Position numbers and translations under genes: made by a program. From positions 2,208,001 to 2,272,000 of the forward strand of contig JASGJH010000001.1 of the NCBI GenBank assembly GCA_047601445.1: a stretch of 64,000 nucleotides of DNA. Reading direction: 5' to 3'. Positions within the stretch are counted from its first letter, which is position 1, and the number at the start of each line of letters is the position of its first letter. The notes below the pieces were generated by a model that had not been told where the DNA came from, did no database searches, and saw only the letters and a list, made by a program, of their open reading frames with translations. This DNA is from Myxococcales bacterium (GTDB taxonomy: Bacteria; Myxococcota_A; Polyangia; Polyangiales; DASUME01). Positions 33,313-42,685 of the stretch are shown one piece after another.

Positions 33313-33438
33313 TGACGCTTTGTCAGCCGGGCTCCCGCGGGCCCTGGCAGGTTTTGCCAATTTGTCCGTTACTCGCCCCAAACCCATGTATTTTCGGGCC
33401 TGTCCCCATGGACCGGGACTTGCTATGAGGTGCGTGCC

Positions 33439-34695
33439 ATGCCCGTCATGTCCGGTTCCAAGCTGAACCTTCGTCAGGCACTCGTTAGCCTGGGCGTCGT
33501 CCTCGCGACCGCCGTGCCCGCAGCCGCGCAATCGCCGACCACCGGGCCGGTGACGTCGTTCCCCCCCAACGTGGCCGTCAAGATCGATGGCGACGAGAAG
33601 GCCGTGGGCGACCGGTTGTTCGTCAATCGCAAGCAGTGCTTTGGCTCCCAGGCCAACGAAGGTGACGCGGGCACGGGGGCCGAGACCGCCGACGATGGCG
33701 GCACGGACGCCGGCACCAGCGCCGACGCCGGCACCAGCTCCGATGGCGGGGTCAACGGCAGCACCTCGGCGCTCAAGCTCATCACCAAGGCCACCACGGG
33801 CGACGGTGCTCCCATCCAGGTCACGCTCACCAACCTGAATACTCAAGCCACCCAGGCCACCGTCATGGAGTTCTGGATGGGCATGGGCTCCCAGGATTGC
33901 TTCGGGGCCACCAACCGCACCTCCACCTCGGCCAACCCTGGCAAGCCCGCCTGCAAGAAGGTCGGGGAAATTCGCAACCTCGACGCCAGGAAGCAGGTCA
34001 TCAACTTCACGGCGCAGGAGTTGTTCACGGATCCATACTCGACCGGCATCTGCACGTTGCAGGGCCTGTGGACCCTGTGGCTCGTGCCCCTGACGAACCC
34101 CACGCCGGTCAGCGGCACGCCGGAGAACGGCATCGGGACCCCCATCTACGTGAAGTTCGAGCCGGACTTCACGCCGCTGGCAGCCGTGACCTCCGTGAAG
34201 GGTGGGCGCGGCGAGACCCAGGTCACTGTGAGCTGGAACATGGCGTCGGGCGCCAACAGTCTCACCAACTACCACGTCTATTTCGACACCAGTGCGCCTT
34301 TGCCTTCAGGCTCGGGCCCCTGCACCTCGAGCTTGCTCGTCCAGGGCCAAAATCTACCGCTCGACACCACGGGGTTGAAGAGTGAGCCGCCCACCAAGGG
34401 CACCAGCATCACCGTCAACCCCGACAGCCTCAACCTCGACTTCAACCAGCGCGTGGCCACCGCCGTGGTGTCGGTGGACGCCGCGGGCAACGAGAGCGAG
34501 GTCTCGAACGTGGTCTGCGTGGAGCGCGTCTCCACCACGGGCTTCTGGGATGCCTGCAACATGAACGGCAACTGCAAGGATGACTTCAACAGCTGCAGCC
34601 TGTCGTTCGGCGACAAGAGCCGCTTGGGCTGGTTGGGCTGGTCGCTCGGTGCGCTTGGAGTCGCGCTGTGGCTGCGCCGTAGGAGGACCGTGTGA
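33439..34695 (+). CDS. Exported protein with Fn3-like region and C-terminal Cys-TM-basic sorting signal (MXAN_2561-like, MYXO-CTERM type)
   Basis: Signal peptide, DAG-rich linker, VSVDAAGNES, C-terminal SCSL...GVALWLRRRR. Confidence 0.65.
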   Translation: MPVMSGSKLNLRQALVSLGVVLATAVPAAAQSPTTGPVTSFPPNVAVKIDGDEKAVGDRLFVNRKQCFGSQANEGDAGTGAETADDGGTDAGTSADAGTSSDGGVNGSTSALKLITKATTGDGAPIQVTLTNLNTQATQATVMEFWMGMGSQDCFGATNRTSTSANPGKPACKKVGEIRNLDARKQVINFTAQELFTDPYSTGICTLQGLWTLWLVPLTNPTPVSGTPENGIGTPIYVKFEPDFTPLAAVTSVKGGRGETQVTVSWNMASGANSLTNYHVYFDTSAPLPSGSGPCTSSLLVQGQNLPLDTTGLKSEPPTKGTSITVNPDSLNLDFNQRVATAVVSVDAAGNESEVSNVVCVERVSTTGFWDACNMNGNCKDDFNSCSLSFGDKSRLGWLGWSLGALGVALWLRRRRTV

Positions 34696-35387
34696 TGCGT
34701 ATCGCGTCGCTGCTCGTGCTGACGCTAGTGAGTTGCTTCGTTTCGACGACTGCCTTCGCCAGAGCACCAGACACCTTCGAAGAGAACTACACCAAACCCG
34801 CGCTGATCGAGTCGCCCATGTGGATGGCGCTCGAGCTCAAGGCCGGTCCTTACGTTCCCGGCGATTCGAGTGCCATCAAGGACACCTTCGGCGGCGACAA
34901 GGGCTGGATGCTCAGCACGGAGGTCGACTTCACGCTGGTGCACATTCCCAAGGTCGGCCAGTTCAACCTGGGCGCGGGCTTCGGCTGGGCCTCCTACAAG
35001 GCCAAGGCCAGGGACGAGAACGGTGTGAAGACCAGCGAAGAGACCAAGCTGGTGCTCTATCCGCTGAGCGCCCTGGCTGTATTGCGTATCGACGCCCTGG
35101 CGCGTGAGACGGTCATTCCGCTGACTTTCGCGGGCAAAATCGGCTTCGAATCCGTGCGCTGGAAGAGCACCACCGGCGACCGCACCGACGCCAGCGGCTT
35201 CAACAACGGCCTGCGCTGGGGCGCCCAGGCAGCCTTCGAACTCGACTGGTTCGATCGCCGCGCTGCACGCCGCATGGATGAAGAGTGGGGCGTGAACCAC
35301 ACGTTCCTGCTGTTCGAGTACTACGACTCGATGACCAAGGGTACGGGCGACCGCACGTACCAAATCGGCGTCGGCACCCAGTTCTGA
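34692..35387 (+). CDS. Outer-membrane beta-barrel protein (MXAN_2562-like)
   Basis: Signal peptide, ELKAGPYVP, amphipathic strands, terminal Phe (GVGTQF); overlaps the upstream gene. Confidence 0.7.
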   Translation: MMRIASLLVLTLVSCFVSTTAFARAPDTFEENYTKPALIESPMWMALELKAGPYVPGDSSAIKDTFGGDKGWMLSTEVDFTLVHIPKVGQFNLGAGFGWASYKAKARDENGVKTSEETKLVLYPLSALAVLRIDALARETVIPLTFAGKIGFESVRWKSTTGDRTDASGFNNGLRWGAQAAFELDWFDRRAARRMDEEWGVNHTFLLFEYYDSMTKGTGDRTYQIGVGTQF

Positions 35388-35388
35388 C

Positions 35389-36234
35389 GTGTGCCCTGCG
35401 CGTCGCCAGAAGCCCCCACGCGGGCCGACTCCCATTGACACCGAAGACGGCGGCGAACTGCACGGTGTGCGCCTGGTGCTCGCCTACGATGGCACCGATT
35501 TCTGCGGTTTCCAGCGGCAGAACGGTCAGCGCACGGTGCAAGAAGAGCTCGAGCGTGCCGCGGCGCAAATGGCCGGACACCCGGTCCAAGTAAAGGCCGC
35601 GAGTCGCACCGACTCCGGGGTGCACGCGCTCGGTCAGGTAGCGGCCTTCGACAGTCGCCGCGATATCCCGGCGCGCGGTTGGATGCTGGGGCTGCACGCG
35701 CACCTGCCCGACGACGTTCGCGTGCAGAGCGCCAGCGCCTGCGCGGCGGGCTACAACCCGCGCTTCGATTCACTCGGCAAGCGTTACCGCTACATGCTGC
35801 AGCTCGGGGAAGCCAAGAACCCATTGTTGCGACACCGCGCCTGGCAGCTCGGACACATCCGGGTCGATCCGGGGCTGATGCGCGAGGCGGCCCAACACCT
35901 CGAGGGCACACACGACTTCGCCGCGTTCCGCTCGGCCGACGACGAGCGCGAGAGCACCGTGAGGACCCTGTGGTCGGTGGGCGTGCTGGAGGGCTTCGCG
36001 GGTGACCCATCCCTGCTCGCCATCGCGGTGCACGGCAACGCGTTCATGAAGAACATGGTGCGCATCCTGGCGGGCACGCTGGTGGCTGTGGGCCGAGGGC
36101 GACTGCGTCCAGACCACATGCTGGAGCTGCTCAAGCCGGGAGCGGACCGAGCGGGAGCCGGTGATACGGCACCAGCGCACGGACTCACGTTGCTGGAAGT
36201 GGAGCTCGGTCGCCTGGCGCTCGAGCGGGCCTGA
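35389..36234 (+). CDS. truA: tRNA pseudouridine(38-40) synthase
   Basis: AYDGTDFCGFQ, ASRTDSGVHALGQ, GTHDFAAF, FMKNMVRILAGTL, TAPAHGL; start uncertain. Confidence 0.93.
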   Translation: MCPARRQKPPRGPTPIDTEDGGELHGVRLVLAYDGTDFCGFQRQNGQRTVQEELERAAAQMAGHPVQVKAASRTDSGVHALGQVAAFDSRRDIPARGWMLGLHAHLPDDVRVQSASACAAGYNPRFDSLGKRYRYMLQLGEAKNPLLRHRAWQLGHIRVDPGLMREAAQHLEGTHDFAAFRSADDERESTVRTLWSVGVLEGFAGDPSLLAIAVHGNAFMKNMVRILAGTLVAVGRGRLRPDHMLELLKPGADRAGAGDTAPAHGLTLLEVELGRLALERA

Positions 36235-36243
36235 GCGTCCCTT

Positions 36244-37760
36244 TCAGAGCAGCTCGAGCACCGGCGTGCAGTTCCCCTGCTCGCAGACGAGGGCCGCTGA
36301 GCAGTCGAGAATCGTTGGCGCAACCGGGCGGCGCGGGCGGCGGTTCGGGCGGCGGTTCGGGAGGAGGCACGCACTTGTCGCCTCCGTCCGAGTCCATGAT
36401 GGCGCGGTCGTAGTGCATGTCGTGGGCCCCCGAGACCTCCACGTCATGAGCGAACAGGGATCCGTAGATGTCGTCTGCTCCGCCCACGTTCACGCGGGCA
36501 TGGGGCGCGTAGAGGTTGGCCGAGAACACCATGGCGCCCTTGATGTCGATGTCATCGCTGCCGGCCACGTAGAAGCGCAGCGCTGCCGGACGTGCCGTGG
36601 AGCCCACGGTGCCGGAGCCGCTCAGGCGCAGGTTTCCCGAGACGAAGACATCGAGCTCGCCCTCGTCGCCGACGTCCACGCCGAAGTCGCCTGCGACGTC
36701 GAGATCTCCTTCGATGAAGATGGCGGTGCGTCCGTGCGCGTGAATGGTGTTGGCAGCGCCGCTGATGGTGCTCGCCGTGAAAAAGAAGCGCCCGCAATCG
36801 AGGGTCAGCCCCCCGGTGCCGCTCATGTTCAGGGTGGCGTCCTGTCCAAGGCCGAGATCGGCGTTGTGGTTGTGGGCCTTGCCGTCCGCGACGATGGCCG
36901 CGATGTCGACGATGGAAGCCGCATCGCAGGCGCAGGGCGGCGCGACGCTGAAGCTCTCTTGCGTGTTCTTCTTTCCGCCCACGCTCAAGCTCGACGACAG
37001 TTGGTGGCCCGCGGTCTGATACAGGTCTCCGGTCACGCCGATCTCCGCGCCTGCCGCGGCGATGTCGTTGTTGACCCAGAGGTCGCGGCGGAACGAGATG
37101 GCAACGCCCGAGATGTCGAGCGCAGCGTTGGTGCGTAGGTTGCCGTCGATGCGCACCGAGCTGCCGCTGATCTCCAGCGTGCCGGTGCCGGATGCGATCA
37201 GGGAGCCGAAGATGCGCAGCCCGCCCTGGGTCGTGAAGTTGCCGTTGGTGCCGACGCTGGCGCCGCTCTTGTTGGTGTCCGCAGGATGGTCGGAGTCGAG
37301 CGCATCGATGACGAACGAGCCGGGCAATGCCAGAATCGCTGCAGCTACAGATGCCGAACTGGAAGATGCGCGAAGCGAGCCCGGTGGTGCAGACCTGATC
37401 GGTGACACCGCCGTCCGTGGTGCCGGGAACCCGGACCTCCACGGGCGCTCCTTCGCCGGCGCAGTAGGCCTCACGCGTCTCGAACCCGAGCACGATGCCG
37501 GAGTCCTCGACTACTTCGACCGAGCCGTCGCCCTGCGCGCCGGCATCGACGTCGAAGCCGGGGAGCTGAGCGTCCTGCTCCTTCTCTACGGCGGCGTCGG
37601 ACAGCGGAGTGCCCGCGTCTTCATCTGCGGGGCGATCTTTCAGTTGGGCGTTCGATCCCTTGGCACATCCAGCCTCGGATCCTGCAAGCGCGCATGACAC
37701 GAACAGCGTGGCCAACAGACTCAAACTCGACGAGTCCTTCTTACTAGTCAGCTTTCCCAT
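36244..37760 (-). CDS. Exported or lipoprotein with beta-helix-like G/D/V-rich repeats; two frameshifts (~37335, ~36311)
   Basis: Signal plus Cys, DAG linker, repeated I/V-x-G-D/N-L strands, NLYAPHA, Pro linker and Cys-rich tail; three frames join after deleting one base at each of two GAATC sites. Confidence 0.7.
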
Positions 37761-38001
37761 CCTCTGCAAAGTCGCACCCTCCAGCACAAACATGCACGGA
37801 CGAGTACGCGCCTGCGAAGGCTATTTCCCTCGTGAAAATAGGCCTCAACCCAAGACTGGCGCGGCACTTTGCGGACGCCGCTCGGCCTAGCTTGGTGCCA
37901 TGCGAGTCGCATCGTGGAGCGGTCTCGACGCGCTCCGCGGTCGAGCATGACGGGGCGCTTGCGCGCTGCGCGAAGCCGCGTGGAGCGCAGCGTTTTCGCG
38001 T

Positions 38002-38757
38002 TCAGGCGGGAGGAACGGGTGTGGCCGGACGGGAGGCGCGCTCGACCTGCGCGAGCGGCATCGCGGAGAGCTCGGCGATCCGTGAACGCACTGCGTCGGA
38101 AAGTGAATCGGCGTCGGAAAAGTTGGCCGGCGCAATCGGTGAGCCAATGTGCACACTGACGTTGCCCGGATGAATGACGAGCTCGTCGCGCGTCATGATG
38201 CTGCGCGTGCCGCGAATGCCCACCGGCACGATCGGGACGTTGGCCTGGCGTGCGAGGTGGAAGCCGCCCTTTTTGAAGGCCTGCACTCGCTCCTCACCGC
38301 CGCGCGTGCCTTCCGGGAAGACCACGATGGATGCACCCGCCGCAACCTGTCGAGCGGCGTCGTCGAGGGCCTGCACCGCGCGCTCACGTCGGCCACGATC
38401 GATGAAGACGTGTCCTCCCGCCACCATGGCCTGCCCGAGGAAGGGCACGCGCCGCAACTCCTTCTTGGCGAGGAAGCCCACGTTCATCGGCAACGCGATG
38501 AACAGCGCCACGATGTCGACGTGCGACAGGTGGTTCGCCATGAACACGTAGGTGCCATCGGCATCGATGCGGTCTCGACCGACCGCCTCGACGTTCATTC
38601 CCCAGCCCCCCGCCATGCCTTCGGCCCACTTGCGTGTCGCCCAACGAAAGCCGACTCGACTGCGGGTCACCGCGTAGATCGGCAGAAAGGTACTGCACAT
38701 GAAAACGGTCCAGCTAATGGCGTGACCCGTGTTGGCTACGGAACGAAATGAAGCCAT
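38002..38757 (-). CDS. plsC: 1-acyl-sn-glycerol-3-phosphate acyltransferase family
   Basis: NHLSHVD (HX4D), FIDRG, VFPEGTR, FKKGGF. Confidence 0.9.
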   Translation of the reverse strand: MASFRSVANTGHAISWTVFMCSTFLPIYAVTRSRVGFRWATRKWAEGMAGGWGMNVEAVGRDRIDADGTYVFMANHLSHVDIVALFIALPMNVGFLAKKELRRVPFLGQAMVAGGHVFIDRGRRERAVQALDDAARQVAAGASIVVFPEGTRGGEERVQAFKKGGFHLARQANVPIVPVGIRGTRSIMTRDELVIHPGNVSVHIGSPIAPANFSDADSLSDAVRSRIAELSAMPLAQVERASRPATPVPPA

Positions 38758-38917
38758 GTGACGAAGGACCGTACACCGCTCCACTACGGGCGTCGAGACC
38801 AGCCCGGCGTTCGGGACACTCGCGCGGGAGTTTCATCCCAGCTTTCTCCGCTTCGCTCCCTCCGCGGCTCCCAAGCGGTGTTACCCTAAGCCGTGACACT
38901 CGCTTTGGGTCGAGGCG

Positions 38918-40105
38918 ATGCGCAACACGGCGAAAACCGGCAAGCGTTCGAGCTTCTTGTACCGCGTGCTCACCAGTTTCTCGTGCGCCTGGCTGGCCTG
39001 CGTTTGCCTCGAACCGCGCGCCGCGCGCGCCGAGGATAATCCGCGTCCCCCTGCAGACGTGCTCGGAACCCGCGTAGCCCCGCTGGAGTTGCCCGCGCTT
39101 CCGAAGAGCTTCGTCGAAGAGCGCGTAGGCCATGTGCGTTGGGCCTATCACCCGTCCGCTACGGAGGTGGTCCAGAAGTTGGAGCGCGAGCTGCCGGCCC
39201 TGTATCGGCGCATCACGCGAGAACTCGGCGCGGAAGAGGAAGCGAGCTCGGGCAGCGAAATCGTGATCCGCATCGCGCGTGGACCGGAGGACATGCGCGC
39301 GTTGACGCCGCACGCCGCTCCGCCGCCCTCCTACGCCGTCGGCGTCGCGTACCCCGCGCTCGGGTTGGTGGTACTGAGCGTGGTGAATCCGCAGAGCTGG
39401 TTGCCGCCCGACCTCTCGAGTGTGCTGACCCACGAGCTCTCGCACATCGCGCTGCAGCGCGCCGTGGACGGTCGCCCCTTGCCGCTGTGGTTCGTGGAAG
39501 GGATGGCCGTGCACCAAGCGGGGGAGCAGAACCTGCAACGAGTGCAAACGCTATGGGAGGCGGCTGCCGTCGACGAGGTGCTGCCGCTCTCCGCGCTGTC
39601 TCGCAACTTCCCGGCGCGCGCGCACGAAGTGAACCGGGCCTACGCGCAGAGCGCGGATCTGGTCGAGCATCTCTTGCGGAACAACAGCGATCGCGAACGC
39701 CTTCCCGAGCTCCTGCGGCGCGTGGCCGAGGGCATGAGCTTCGAGGACGCGATCCTCACTGCCTACCACATCGACCTCGCCTACCTGGACCGAGAATGGC
39801 GCCAGGCCCTGGGCGAGCGCTTTCGTGTGCTGCCTCTCGTTTTGACCGGTACCGCACTCTGGGGTGGGATCGCGGTCCTGGCGGTGCTGGCCTTCGTGAG
39901 ACGCCGGCGCGATCACCACGCCAAGCTGGCGCGCTGGGCCGAGGAAGAAGCCGCCCACGAGCGCGCCCTGCAGACGCTCGAGCTCACACGGCAAGCGGCG
40001 CTGCGGGAGGAGGTCCTGCGCGAGTCCAATGTCGTTCCAAGCCTCCCTAGAGACTCAGGGATTCCCACCATCGACTACGAGGGACAGCGCCACACGCTCC
40101 ATTGA
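38918..40105 (+). CDS. Membrane-anchored peptidase MA-like HExxH metallopeptidase
   Basis: Signal peptide, THELSH...PLWFVEGMA, AYAQS, C-terminal TM. Confidence 0.8.
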   Translation: MRNTAKTGKRSSFLYRVLTSFSCAWLACVCLEPRAARAEDNPRPPADVLGTRVAPLELPALPKSFVEERVGHVRWAYHPSATEVVQKLERELPALYRRITRELGAEEEASSGSEIVIRIARGPEDMRALTPHAAPPPSYAVGVAYPALGLVVLSVVNPQSWLPPDLSSVLTHELSHIALQRAVDGRPLPLWFVEGMAVHQAGEQNLQRVQTLWEAAAVDEVLPLSALSRNFPARAHEVNRAYAQSADLVEHLLRNNSDRERLPELLRRVAEGMSFEDAILTAYHIDLAYLDREWRQALGERFRVLPLVLTGTALWGGIAVLAVLAFVRRRRDHHAKLARWAEEEAAHERALQTLELTRQAALREEVLRESNVVPSLPRDSGIPTIDYEGQRHTLH

Positions 40106-40160
40106 TTCGCGCATCGTTTGACGGGGAGCGGTTGGATGCCCCATTGTAAGGGAGGGCAGG

Positions 40161-41354
40161 TTGCGCGTGATTGTGGGCGAACGAGGGCGTTCAAAGGGGC
40201 TGCGCGGGTCGTTGGCGCGGCTCGCGTCGCATTTCGGATCCGTGAACGACGGGCAGCGCGCCCGGCGTCAAGCCGAGGAGCGCGCCCGGCTCGCCATGAT
40301 GCACCCGCGGGAGCGGCGGGCTCAGGCCCTGCGGCGGCTCGTGAAGGGCGGTGTGGCCCTGTCGGTGTTCGTGCTGGCCCTGGGCTTCGTCTACGTGGAT
40401 TTCGGGACCAAGGCCGTGCACGCGATCGTGCCTACGCAGCCATCCCGCGCCGCCGCCAAGGCGGACCCCGTGCAACCCGGACCGAAGGCGTCCCCGCCGC
40501 CGCCTAGCGGCACCACGGCCGACCTGGTGGTCCTGGTCTCGTTCGACGGTCTCCGGCCCGACGCCATCACGCCCGGTATGCGGGCGCTCCACAAGCTCTA
40601 CCTGCAGGGCGCGTCGCCGCAGCTGGCGCGCACCATCGACAAGTCGGCCACCCTGCCCTCGCACGCCTCCATGGTGAGCGGCGTCAACCCCGACGAGCAT
40701 GGCCTGGACTTCAACGCCTACCGGCCCGACCGCGGCGTGATTTCGCGCCCCACCGTGTTCTCCGTGGCGCACGCGGCAGGCCTGCCCACGTCGATGTTCG
40801 TGGGCAAGAACAAGCTCAAGCATCTCCTGGCTCGCCCCACCGACGCTGAGTTCAAGATGGGCGGCATGCTGTGCGAGAAGTTGCTCAAGTTCGCCCTGCC
40901 CCACCTGCGTGAGGCCAAGAAGGGCCTGGTCTTCTTGCACTTCGCAGACGTCGACAGCGCCGGTCACCGCGTGGGCTGGATGACCGACGAGTACATGGAA
41001 GCCGCCTACACGGCCGACCGCTGTCTGGACACCGTGATGGACACGCTGGTGGAGGCCGGCCGGCTTGATCGCACGCTGCTGATCGTCACGTCAGACCACG
41101 GCGGACACAACCGCGGCCACGGCACCCGGCTGGACGTCGATCAGCGCATTCCCTGGTTTGCCTGGGGCGCAGGCGTCAAGCGTGGGCGCATCGCACGATC
41201 CGTGCACACCACGGACACTGCAGCCACCGTGATGGCGGCGCTGGGCTTGGCCCTGCCCGCTGGCACCCACGGACAGCCGGTCACCGAGGCCTTCTCGAGG
41301 CCGCTGGGACCTGCCGGGATGCCCATGGTTGGCGCGCCCGTGGGCACCCCCTGA
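40161..41354 (+). CDS. Alkaline phosphatase / nucleotide pyrophosphatase superfamily protein
   Basis: SFDGLRPD, TLPSHASM, DSAGH, TSDHGGH; N-terminal TM. Confidence 0.88.
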   Translation: MRVIVGERGRSKGLRGSLARLASHFGSVNDGQRARRQAEERARLAMMHPRERRAQALRRLVKGGVALSVFVLALGFVYVDFGTKAVHAIVPTQPSRAAAKADPVQPGPKASPPPPSGTTADLVVLVSFDGLRPDAITPGMRALHKLYLQGASPQLARTIDKSATLPSHASMVSGVNPDEHGLDFNAYRPDRGVISRPTVFSVAHAAGLPTSMFVGKNKLKHLLARPTDAEFKMGGMLCEKLLKFALPHLREAKKGLVFLHFADVDSAGHRVGWMTDEYMEAAYTADRCLDTVMDTLVEAGRLDRTLLIVTSDHGGHNRGHGTRLDVDQRIPWFAWGAGVKRGRIARSVHTTDTAATVMAALGLALPAGTHGQPVTEAFSRPLGPAGMPMVGAPVGTP

Positions 41355-41569
41355 CAAGCACGGCCGCGCCGTTGAGGGCCGGGCGTGGTTGTCAGCGCGG
41401 CTCGATAGCTTGGTAACCAGTCGACCTGAAAACAGCGCACGGGCACGCCAGTGAGGCAATACTCACAGGTCCATGCGGCTTCCAGGAGCCAGGTGGAAAT
41501 GACGAACGGGCACGCCGGTGAGGCATGCCCGTCATGCAGCGCTCCAGTGGGAAGCGCTTCCCGAACCCT

Positions 41570-41707
41570 TCAGGCCTGTTCGGCCTTGGTGGGATCGAGG
41601 GGGAACTTGGGCGTCCCAGCCAGCATGCGCTCACGCTTCTGGGCGCGTCCAAGGCGACGCTTGCGGATGCGACGGCGCGCCTTCGTGATGGTGGTATTCG
41701 ACGGCAT
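41570..41707 (-). CDS. Small basic protein (45 aa), below the ORF-track cutoff
   Basis: MPSNTTITKARRRIRKRRLGRAQKRERMLAGTPKFPLDPTKAEQA*; GGGAGAG RBS; upstream TTGACC-17-TACACA. Confidence 0.7.
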   Translation of the reverse strand: MPSNTTITKARRRIRKRRLGRAQKRERMLAGTPKFPLDPTKAEQA

Positions 41708-41794
41708 GATCTCTCCCGTTGACTAGGGCGGCGATGTGTAGCCGGGCCCCCCCGGTGGGTCAAGTAGAACCGGGGAGCCGAGGGTGTATCCTGG

Positions 41795-42667
41795 CTATCC
41801 GAGGCTCGAAAAACCGCCCGCGACCTCGACGTGGTAGCGATCGAAGACCCGCCGCGTGATGGCACCTGCTGCGCCGCCCGCGCCGCCTACGCTACGCCCA
41901 TCGAGCTCGCTGACCCCCACGATCCCTCGCACGGAGCTCGTCATGAACAGCTCGCTGGCGCGGTAAGCGTCGTGCACGGTCAAGAGACGCTCACGCGCAG
42001 GGATGCCGAGTAACCGGGCGCAGGCGAGTACGCGATCGCGCGTGATGCCGGGGAGGATGCCGAGGGCGACGGGCGGCGTGAAGATCTCGCCGGCCGCATC
42101 CACCAGAAACAGCGAGCTCGTGGCGCCTTCGAGAAGCTCGCCGTGGGCGCCCAGCAGCAGCGCGTCGTCGGCCCCCTCCCCCTGGGCCTGTGCGATGGCC
42201 AGGAGGTTGTTGATGTACGCGCTGGGCTTGGCGCCGGCCCACAGTGCAGAGGGCGGCGCCACGCAGCTGCGCAGACGAATGACGCCCACCTCGGTGGCGC
42301 TCGTGGGGTGCAGCGTGCGCACCAGGATTACGCGCCGTGCGCTACGCGCACCGCGAGGTGCCAGGGTCTCGGGATGGTCGCCGCGCGTGACCATGATGCG
42401 GATGTAGGCCTCGGGCCCCTCGACCTGCGCCAGCGCGAGCCTCACCTCGGAGGCCACCTGGGTCTGTGGCACTCCGAGCTCGATGCCGAGGATGCCGCAG
42501 GAGCGCTCGAGGCGCGCGAGGTGCCGCTCGAGACCGTCCGGCTCACCCCCGAAGGTGCGCAAGGCCTCGAACACAGCGTCGCCATAGAGAAAGCCCCGAT
42601 CGACCACCGGCACCAGGGCCTGATCGAGGGGGCTCAGCTTTCCGTCGATGCATGCGATGGCTTGCAC
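41795..42667 (-). CDS. Aminotransferase class IV (IlvE/PabC/D-amino acid transaminase family)
   Basis: DRGFLYGDAVFEALR, GAK, LEGATSSLF, ILPGITR. Confidence 0.92.
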   Translation of the reverse strand: MQAIACIDGKLSPLDQALVPVVDRGFLYGDAVFEALRTFGGEPDGLERHLARLERSCGILGIELGVPQTQVASEVRLALAQVEGPEAYIRIMVTRGDHPETLAPRGARSARRVILVRTLHPTSATEVGVIRLRSCVAPPSALWAGAKPSAYINNLLAIAQAQGEGADDALLLGAHGELLEGATSSLFLVDAAGEIFTPPVALGILPGITRDRVLACARLLGIPARERLLTVHDAYRASELFMTSSVRGIVGVSELDGRSVGGAGGAAGAITRRVFDRYHVEVAGGFSSLG

Positions 42668-42685
42668 CCCGCACGCTTTAGGCGT

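Noticed and set aside
33409..33424. Sigma54-like TGGACCG-GGAC-TTGCT before the MXAN_2561-like gene
   Set aside because: Spacing is right, but the implied TSS falls downstream of the likely GAGGTG RBS for ATG 33439; not supportable without TSS data.
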